From: the human T2T-CHM13v2.0 reference genome, Homo sapiens
NCBI RefSeq assembly: GCF_009914755.1
Contig: NC_060935.1
DNA length: 64,000 nucleotides
Direction: 5' to 3' (one strand)
Part shown: positions 54,932 through 64,000 of the stretch, piece by piece
How the letters are laid out: each line of letters begins with the position of its first letter
Position numbering within the stretch: the stretch's first letter is position 1
Program-made: the position numbers and the translations under genes
Notes under the pieces: model-generated
What the model saw: only the letters and a program-made list of their open reading frames with translations
Databases searched by the model: none
What the model was told of the DNA's origin: nothing

Positions 54932-57694
54932 TACGGTTCTTAAATCCAGCTTCAGTAAGCTATATTAGAGCACATTTTTTTCGTTTTGTTCCTAGAATCT
55001 TAAGTGTAACTACAAATTAGCCCCAACAAATGAGGTGTATGGTCTATATATAAGATATAGTTAATTCTCTTGTGTGATAGGCAGTCTCAGTTTTAGTCTA
55101 AGCAGATTTCAGACATATCCAGTGATGTATGAACTGGTGGGATGGAATCAGCGAAAGTCTATTTGCCTAGTGCTGAGGAGCTTCCTGAGGAGGAACTTAG
55201 GTTGAGGGAACAGTAATCCAGGCACAGAGAGTCTGGGAAGACAATGAAATCTTAGCATCTTAAGGGGGAAATTCTGAGAACATCGTGGTGTCTGTCTCTT
55301 GCATTTGTCTCTCTCTCTTGAGCCTGCCAGGCTTATCTTAAGGAAAGCAAGAGTGAGGTCCTTAAGTCAAAACTGAAAAAATAGTTTCATTAAAGTCTGC
55401 TTTAAACACTGGGACTCAAGAAATTCTCATGGAGGGTAACACAAAGCAGAGAGGCATTCTTTCTCACTTGACCAAGAAACATGAGAGTCTTGACACCCCT
55501 GGGTTTCCAGTGACTTGGTGGAGGAGCTGGTAGGAGAGTGGGGGCACACAGAGAAGTCGAGTGGCAGGGTCCCCCAGGAGGGCTGGAGGCTGAGCAGGGA
55601 CATGCTGCTCCTGGTAGGCACAGAATGGGAGGGAGAAAAACCACACCGCCTATGGGAGCAGACTTGTACCGAACTACGTGAGATAACCCATGAGGGCTAC
55701 AGGACATTGGAAGGGCATTTTGCAAGAGCTGAGACCCTTCATGACAGGTGGGCACATGAATAAGTGGAACTTGGGTGTTATTAAGGCAATTCTATTTCTA
55801 CCCACCTGCTGAGGAGGCCCCAGGAAACTCAGGATACCTTCCACACCTAGGAAAAGTGTTTACCTTGCATAATGAGTTTCTTAAATATTAACAGATACAT
55901 CCACCAAACATATTTTTAGAAAATTTTCCTTAGGTTGTCTTCCAGACCCAATCCTTCTCTCTCCAGGCAGCTTTCTCAGATAACTCTAATTTGATGTTTC
56001 CACTTGCTCTTGAATAGCTCCCACCCGGTCGGTGTCCAGCCACAGCTCCTGCCCTTGCCCATACTCTATGTTACACTATTCCCTAATTATTGCAGGATAT
56101 CTTTATCTTGTGTCTTCAATGAAGCTGGGATGCCCTTGAAGGCAAGGGCACATCTCTACCTTCTCTTGTACCTATCTAGCTCAGCTAGGCATGTCACAGG
56201 TGTTCAGTAATTACTTGTTGATTACTTCTTTACTTTCCAGAACTGTTTTTCAGATTATACTCAGTGTGGATGAAGAAGGAAAACCCCAGGTATCTTGCTG
56301 GATTCTAGTGTTTTAGGAGCGGAAAACAGATCCAAAGGCCAGGTTGTCATTGAAAAAAAAAATTCTCTGGCTTGAACTGAATTTGAAATCTACCTGCTAA
56401 CAGGATTTTTCAGATAGAGCTCAACTGTGGATCCTCTTTGTGTGGCTGAATCAGTCTTATATTCAGATTTATCATTTGTATATTGGAGATACTTACACCG
56501 AATATACCCACCTGAGAGGTAGCACAGCACTGTGCCGAACTCTGGTAGAAGGTTGCTGAGGTATGAAGTCCTGCTCCACCAGTTTACAAATGATCTGGCT
56601 GGGGACTATTACTGAACATTTCCAGGTCTTGGTTTCTCCATCTTTAAAATGGGTATGATGATGACGATGATTCTTACCTCTTAGGGTCATAAGATGATTT
56701 TATGAGTTAATTCATATGCAACGTTTAGAATGAAGCCCAGCATATAATGGATTGTACATTAATGCTATTATCAATCTTACATAAGTTTTGATTTAAAAAT
56801 GAGTGTAGAGTACCCATAACAGTAATTATCGCTTAATGTATGTTAGCTGCCATTCTCTCATGATGAACAAGCAAGTACTACCTATTTTAAATTATTAAAA
56901 ACGACAGACATTTGTTGTTAAATACACATTTTTAAAATTATTAAAAACAACAGAGAAAAAGAAGCACTCATTCTCATTCTCACAAATTAATTTGTCTATA
57001 CTGAGCCTGATCCCAATCTATAAAGAATCTGCAGGAAGAAAGGAAATCAAAATCCTGAAACTAAGAAAGGAGAGCCCTTTCCCTTACTTCGTATCAGAGA
57101 GTAGAACATTTCTGAAAATTCACAGAAAGCTTTTTTTAGAACAGACCATTCAATTCTGAAAAGAAAGTTCTTAAAATTGTCTATAGTGTATCCCTGAGCA
57201 TCCTGAAGATTTTAAATAAGTTGTCACAGCAGCTTCACCCAGAGGCTGTTTCATCAAACCACAAAGTGACACTCCCAGCCCCCAAGTGTCCTGTGGAGAG
57301 CAGAAAGATGGCAGCTGGAGAGCTCACCCAGCAGGAATCGTTGCCCGCATCTGCTGCACTCCTTAGAATTCCTGGAGAGAAACATACCATACTCCTGGCA
57401 TGCTTCTGATGCAAAGGTGGGGATTCTAAGCTGCTATAGTTTTTTGGACTTCTTTCTACCTTAAAGGCAAGGAATCTCTGTTGTTAAGTTCATAAAGATC
57501 CACCCCCGGACCCCAACCCCGCAAAAAAAAAGAATATATTTTCAGGGGATATATTTCAGGGCATGTTATTCATACAGATGAAAAGAAAGGTGATTCCACC
57601 ATGTAGCTTAAAAGGTATGTGATATTTCTGCGCAAATTGTCAAAAAAATATGATGTTACCCAAAACATTATTTATAAGAAGTGATGGCTGTGGA

Positions 57695-57729
<35 letters not shown>
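57695..57729 (+). repeat. (AAT)n trinucleotide microsatellite
   Basis: Read directly from the sequence; about 11 units. Confidence 0.95.
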
Positions 57730-57730
<1 letters not shown>

Positions 57731-58094
57731 GCCTAAGACATAATTTTGAGAAAATTGAAGGCTAAGGCTGAGAAATAAATTCTTACTGGGATTATGCTAG
57801 TGTATCGGAACTGCTTCTATGACTCTATGACTCCTGAAGCCTGAGAGCTTCAGGCAACAGAGGCCAGAGGCTCAGAACAACACTTGGGGACCTTTCTTTA
57901 TGAAAGTGAAATCTACCTCCAGGGAGCCTCTTTCTCACCTCCCATTCACTCTCTATCTTTAGCAATCAGACTGTGGAATTCTGACTCACTGAGGTTACCT
58001 ACAACATCCCAGTGGCCAAATCCAAAGGCCTCTTTTCCCATTGTTATGTTACTAGATTCTGTCCAGCATTTTTCATCATTGACACCTCTTTCCC

Positions 58095-58462
58095 CTGTCT
58101 TTGCTTGGGCTGATATAACAAATATACCATTGACTGGGTGATTTAAACAAGAAATTTATTTCACAAAGTTCTGGAGACTGCCAAGTCCAAGATCAGGGTA
58201 TTGGCAGATCCAGTGTCTGGTGAGGGCCCCCTTCCTGGTTTGCAGATGTCTGTCTTCTTGTTTTATCCTCACAAAGGGGAGAGTAGAAAGAGAGGAAGCA
58301 AGCTCTTGTGCGTCTCTTCTTATAAAGGTACTAATCCCATCGATGAGGGCTCCACCCTCAGAACCTAATTATCTCCCCAAGGACCCACTCCAAATATCAT
58401 CACAATGGAGATTAAGCTTCAACACATGAATTTGGTGGGAGCGCAAACATTCAGTCCACAGC
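58095..58462 (-). mobile_element. MLT1A-like MaLR solo LTR
   Basis: gcttgggctgatataacaaa...aagtccaagatcagg...aacattcagtccacagca. Confidence 0.75.
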
Positions 58463-59776
58463 AAAACCTAATCTCTCTCTCCACAGCTCCCATGTCTGTC
58501 CTGGTTCTCCTCCTCCCCTTATGCCTGGCTCCTTTCAGCCTTTTTCTTTGGTCTTCCCTTTTCTCTTTTTCCTCTAAAAATAGGCTTCTTTTGGGTTGCA
58601 ACTCTCACCTTTATCTGCTACCTCCCAGACCACCCCATCCCAGGCTTGATTCTTAATTCCTGGACATCTGCAGCTGGATATCCCACAGGTAAATTGACAG
58701 GCACACACTAAATTCATCTTCAACCTCTCACACCCTCCTCAAATGTGCTACTGCTATGATATTCTCTTTTTTGGTCTTTGGAAATATTGTGCTTGGCAAT
58801 GGCTTTGCTGAATGTACCCCCTGGTGGCCGAGAGAAGGAATCACTGCAGCCACACTTTACAAAAATTTTTCCACCCGGGGCTTCTTTGCATCATGAGGTC
58901 ATTGTCAAAGAAGCCAGAACAAAAAGACCCCAACTGCTTTCATCCCTTCTTATGAAAATGAATTTTCATTCCCGACTCTCTCTATTATTCTGTGTCCTAT
59001 GTGTCCGAAAATTTATAAAAATAAAAATAAAAAATAAAGGATTTGACTTTTCTCCTGATAAATCAAAATGGCAAAATGGCAAACTATAAAAGTTTCCCCA
59101 CCTCATCTTCTGCCTGCTCTCCTCACCACTGTATTTTCCACATGGAACAAGATGTCACTTATATATGCCAATGGATGTCATGGACAAACAAGGAACAGGG
59201 AAAGCCCAGAACTTCTCAATGCTCATTGGCACTAGAACATAGTAGTATACTTGCTATTTTTCAGAGGTGGGATCTTGTGAATGAGACCACAATTTGGCAC
59301 AGAAAGTAGTCATTGCCACTGAATTATTCACTTGAGATGAGAATTTATTCTGGTGACTGGAAATATTCCAGTGTTGCTTTGAGCAAAAGGAACAGTGACC
59401 ACATCCCATGAAGCTCCATGTGATGGCTTTTTTGATATGTCAGCTTAGCTAGGTGACAATCCACAGTTATTAAATCAGACACTAATCTAATTGTTGCTGT
59501 AAAGAAATTTTGCAGCAGTAATTAAAATTCCTAATCATTTGACTCTAGGTAAAGAAGATCATCTTGAATAATCTGGGTGAACCTGACTTGATTAGTTTGA
59601 AGGCCCTTAAAAGCAGGGCTGAGGCTTCCCCAAAAGAGAGAAGAAATTCTGCCTGTGAGGAACAACTTCAGCCCATGCTGTGGATTCCGGTGTTTCTATG
59701 ATTTTCCCTTTCTGAGCACCTGGCCTGTAGATTTACCTGCTTAGTCAGCCCCCACAATTGTGTAAGCCAATTCTGG

Positions 59777-60243
59777 TGTATCCGTTTGCTAGGGTTGCCA
59801 TGACAAAGTACCACAAACTAGGTGGCTTAGAACAACAGAAATTTATTGTCTCATAGTTCTGGAGGCTAGAAGTCCAAGATCAAGGTGTCAGCAGGGTTGG
59901 CTCTATCTGAGGGCTGTGACGAGGAGTCTGCCCCAAGCCTCTCCTCTAGCTTCTGGTGGTTTACTGACAGTCACTGGTGCCCCTTGGCCTGTAGATAATG
60001 TATTGCCCCAACCTCTGCCTTCATCATTACATGATATTCTCCCTGTGTGTGTATGTCTCTCTGCTTCCAATTTTCTCCTTTTAATAAGGACACTAGTCAT
60101 ACTGGATTAGGGCCCAGGCTAATAACCTCATTTTAACTGATTAACTCTGTAACAACCCTATCTCTAAATAAGGTCACATTCTGGGGTACTGGAGGTTAGG
60201 ACTCTAGTATATTTTGGAGGAAGATGGAATTAAATCCATATCA
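59777..60243 (-). mobile_element. MLT1C-like solo LTR inserted in an MLT2-like LTR (from about 59419)
   Basis: tttgctagggttgccatgacaaagtaccacaaactaggtggctta...aggtcacattctggggtactgg. Confidence 0.78.
59842..59847 (-). terminator. OVCH2: Probable OVCH2 polyadenylation signal inside the MLT1 LTR
   Basis: TTTATT on the + strand, downstream of the ctacag acceptor at 59989. Confidence 0.6.
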
Positions 60244-60340
60244 CCTGCTTCTCCGGTTGAACCCTGGATTATACTCTGTGTGTATCAATTGGTCCCCAAA
60301 ACAGCTTACCAGAAACATTGGTTTCTCCATTTGGCACATC

Positions 60341-60399
60341 TCATGTCTCCAGAAACATTGATTCATCCTCTGATATGGAGATGTTTAAATCTGGGTATA
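60341..60399 (-). CDS. OVCH2: Ovochymase-2 last coding exon (VYPDLNISISEDESMFLET*); exon continues to a donor after 60310
   Basis: cccag acceptor, phase 1 matches the upstream exon, TGA, then CTG|gtaagc donor. Confidence 0.8.
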
Positions 60400-60914
60400 C
60401 TGGGTATAAGTATGATACAATTACTCAGTTTCCACAAAGACAGCCAGGGTTGGAGATTTATCAGAAAATGATTTATGAAGCTATTGTTAGAATTCTGGGG
60501 CACCTCAGCCAGCTAGACTCTATAGGTATTTCAAATGAGGAGTGGGGCATTTTAACTATAACCTGGCTTTGCCATCTGCAGCTGCTTAATACCTAAAAAG
60601 AATGAACAACTTGGAAAGCAGATAATTGGCTTTGTGGGGTTTGGAAAGAAGAATCATGGGTATGAGAATGTGTAAGGAAGCTGGTTAGGTAGTTCGAATG
60701 TCCAGGGCCTGGAACTGGTGAAGATATTTCATGTTTCTATGTCTCTGTTATGTACTGCACACTTGCTTGTGGCCAAGTGTATCTTATCTGATTTAATCCT
60801 CACTACATTCTTATTAGGGATGCATTGTTTTCCCTTAGTAGGGTTGAAAAAAATGAGTCTGAGGTGACTCTTAAGATTACACATCTAGTAATGATTGGCC
60901 AGGATTCAGACATA

Positions 60915-61565
60915 CAGTCACTCGTTCTTTGTGAACTCCCTATACGTGAATTCACCTACTCACTAAAAATTATTTATAGCTCCAAAAGTGATACTCATGT
61001 TGTCCTCAGGATCATTCATAGGCCTGTGAAGAGTGACAAAAAATACATGTTGTTAGACACACGTTTCCACACGAGATAAAACAAGGCAATATTTTGCCTT
61101 CTTGCTTCAGCCCTCATCCTATAAACAAATGTCCTTTTCATGGTCTATTTAGTGGCACTTTTTTTTCATTTCTGTTCTTTTTATTGGTGACCTCAACCTT
61201 TAAAATGGCCCCAAGCATAGTGCTGAAGTGCCGTCTAGTGTTCCTAAGTGCAAAACTCTGTGGTGTGCCTCACATAGAAAACACACGTGTTAGATAAGCT
61301 TTGTTCAGACATGAGTCATAGTGCTGTTGGCCATGAATTTAATGGCCGTGAATTCATTGTAATGAACCAGCAATATATATTAAATAACATATCTTTAAAC
61401 AGAAACACACATAAAACAAGTTTATGTACTGATCAGCTGATGAAAATGTACCTTGAAGGCACCTAACCTTGTACATTTCCTAGGAGGGATGGCTGAGTAT
61501 TCTCTTATTCAGTGTCCATGGTGACTTGATAGGATGTAATTACTGCAGATAGTGAGAATCGACTG
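60915..61565 (-). mobile_element. MER82-like TcMar-Tigger DNA transposon
   Basis: Terminal inverted cagtca...gagaatcgactg and internal gcctcacatagaaaacacacgtgttagataagctt; family assigned from memory. Confidence 0.75.
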
Positions 61566-61651
61566 TCTCTGTGTTGGGCTCTAAAGACCTCTAATTCACA
61601 TCACAAGGATTAGAACTGGGAATCAAAGAGTTGGTAACTCTATCTTCTTAC

Positions 61652-61783
61652 CTGCTTTAGGAATGAAGGAGACTGTAGCCTGAAAGCCCCTGCAGGTCCC
61701 GTTTTCATCTGATTGGAAGCTGATGAGCATGATGCTGGAGGGGCTCAGCACAGGGGTGGGGACATCATAGCCACACAGCCGAG
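61652..61783 (-). CDS. OVCH2: Ovochymase-2 CUB-domain exon (ARLCGYDVPTPVLSPSSIMLISFQSDENGTCRGFQATVSFIPKA)
   Basis: CUB motifs LCG and FxSD...GF; aacaag acceptor, G|gtaaga donor. Confidence 0.92.
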
Positions 61784-62284
61784 CTTGTTGAAGGCCAGCC
61801 CAGGCATGACATTGTCAAGCACCCAGCAGATAGCCATGGCATTGGAGAGAAGAAAAAAAGAAAATCATCCTTCAGGTAATTGTTGAGAAATACGCTTTTC
61901 ACAATTCATTTTCTAAATAAAGGCAGCTCACTCCTTAATTAACCCCATGACATTTCAATTTGGTTTTCTCTCCTGAACACTCCCACACACAATGATGTTA
62001 AGGGAACTGGTTCTAGCCTCAGGACTTGTTTCAATGGAACTTTCCCTTTCTGACTCCTAGTTTCCTCATGGGCCTTTTGCATTTCTGTTTCAGTGGTTCT
62101 TTGATTCTCCCTTTTTCTCTTCCTGCCCCTAATGAAGAAGACAAAGGAGTGATGGTGAGACCACAGGGAGGGGTGGAGGTGGTGCAGGAAGATGGAGGAA
62201 GATTGATCTGTCTCCTTTTCGTTCCCATCTCAAGACTGGGTCCAAACACAAACCAGAGCGAGCTGAGGCTCAGAGGACACAAAC

Positions 62285-62378
62285 CTATTTCCTTCTTCCT
62301 TTCTACATCGCTGTGCACTGTCACATAGTCGGAAGTGCAGTCTCCACTTTCTTCTATTTCCAGACTCTGAAATGAAAG
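62285..62378 (-). CDS. OVCH2: Ovochymase-2 CUB-domain exon (LSFQSLEIEESGDCTSDYVTVHSDVERKKEI)
   Basis: CUB LxF...ExxxxCxxDYV motif; tctcag acceptor, G|gtttgt donor. Confidence 0.92.
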
Positions 62379-64000
62379 CTGAGAAGACACGAAGTTACAT
62401 CCAGAGTAAACAATCTGAATGAATTACCTGACTTTGATTCAGCAGAGAAATTTGGATTGCTCAACTTGTTCTGGAGTAAGACCTTAGATAAGAAAGTTAA
62501 TGGGGTATTCAGGAGTGGGTCAGATTACCAAGGGAAGGATTCTATATCACAGGCTCTAACTTTTTGAAATAGCTACCAAATATGGCCTGAATCAAAGGGC
62601 AGGAAACTGTGCAAATATTTTAGCTTCCTAACATCTCTAAGAGATTAGGAGAGCTACCGCATGGGGATTTTTTTCCTTGGAAGCAACTAGGCACTCAACT
62701 CAACTAATTGCATATACACAAAACTGCTTCTCTGGACATCTTAGTGTTGTTCACCTGGTTCCTGATGTTTCATCTTGAACCTCTAGTTCTCCTGAATCAA
62801 GACTGAAATTTGTTGTGCCCCTTGGAGACCGTGTCTTTCTACCCAGCGGGATATAGCTGGCTCCTCTTCTCACCTGCTTTGTCCTGTTGCCACTATATTT
62901 CCATGCCTCACTGCAAAATTCTGAGAAGGCACACATGTAAGTGAGTCTAATTGCTGATATAAAACAAAGTATCATCTGAGCTACTGAAAGCATTTGCATA
63001 AGTGGGCTCGGAGTCAAATGTAGTGAGCCTCATGAATGTGCATGAAAAAGGAAATCCTTGTATGAGTTAGAGAGAGCTGATTTTGGATACTAAGCTTAAA
63101 TGTAAACCTCAGCAAAATTCTTGAGTAGATTATTAAGCTATGATGAGTAATGACCTAGAAAAGAAAGTTGATCACCTGGAATCAACCTAGGGTCACCAAG
63201 AATAAATCTTGACAAACCTTTTCTCATAGTTTCTATAATTGTGATGCTTATTGGCAGCATAATATTTCATTTATCTCTATCCTTGAGACCTGTATTTTTT
63301 GCTATCTTAAAAACTTGGCAGTGAATATCTTTAGGCATTTACTTTTTTTCTTCTCTTGTATCATTCCCTGCATGGGGCACTTGTTTTGTTTCAGGAAAAG
63401 GGAGGGGAACTATCTAGATAGAAGGAACAGTGTGAAGGAGAAACAAAGAAACAATAAAGAGTGATCTTGGAGCAGTTTGGTGAGCACTAGCCAATTGAAT
63501 TTGAAGTGAAGAGTGGTGGGAGAGAGGGCTGATGAAATAGGAACTCTAATTTTAACACACAGTTGGTGGGGATTCAATGGGACCCAGACTCTGAGCAAGA
63601 AACAGAAAGGATTGTGTGGATAAAACAAAACTGGAGGCAAATAATTACTAATGGTAAAGGTAGGCGTGGGGAGGGGGACCTGTATCAGAAATAGGATTCA
63701 TTCAAACATTTATTAAACCCTTACTGGGATACTTTCTGGGAAGGGGCCCTTTTCTCTCCAAGTCAAATGGTGAGCATATTCCTATGACTTTTAACACCAG
63801 TTTCCAAATTACTATCTTACACGAGTTCTGCAAAATGATGCTGTCACTGGCAGAGTATGAGAGCATCGCTTCACTGATGCACGACACTCAAACTTTACTT
63901 ATTGAAGAGATATTTTTCAATCACTTCTGGCTCTGGCATTTTCAGATTTTCAACTAAATTTCCTCTTCTTCCTCCACCTGGAAACATGCTCACAACCTAA

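Noticed and set aside
63898-63977. Exon-like minus-strand segment in an OVCH2 intron (ttccag...gtaaag)
   Set aside because: No CUB or protease similarity, early stop in the phase-0 frame, and too near the window edge to evaluate

Overview
Human (primate) genomic DNA, recognised from exon translations as the 11p15.4 PPFIBP2-CYB5R2-OVCH2 neighbourhood. The + strand carries the 3' half of PPFIBP2 (liprin-beta-2): 14 coding exons from 1298 to 23585 including the three SAM domains, a 33-nt cassette microexon and two downstream exons giving an alternative C-terminus. The - strand carries a full-length, dead L1PA2/L1PA3-type LINE-1 (28516-34547, 16-bp TSD), the complete CYB5R2 gene (8 coding exons, 276 aa, CpG-island promoter at about 43.9-44.8 kb) and the last exons of OVCH2. 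The rest is Alu, L1, L2, MaLR/ERV LTR and DNA-transposon fossils. Nearly all ORF-track entries are spurious or repeat-derived. No prokaryotic-type system or CRISPR array is present. The most notable signal is in the CYB5R2 leader: an in-frame CUG in near-ideal Kozak context would add (M)GAGLTQSQRL-DPSLLLTITVTGVTVLVLVLKS, a myristoylation motif plus hydrophobic anchor mirroring the membrane isoform of CYB5R3. Other highlights are a microexon encoding a 14-3-3 motif, a TGCATG-rich C-terminal splice switch in PPFIBP2, a YY1-site-mutated L1 between convergent genes, and an LTR-derived terminal exon in OVCH2. Repeat subfamily names and paralog sequences are from memory and need RepeatMasker/BLAST confirmation.
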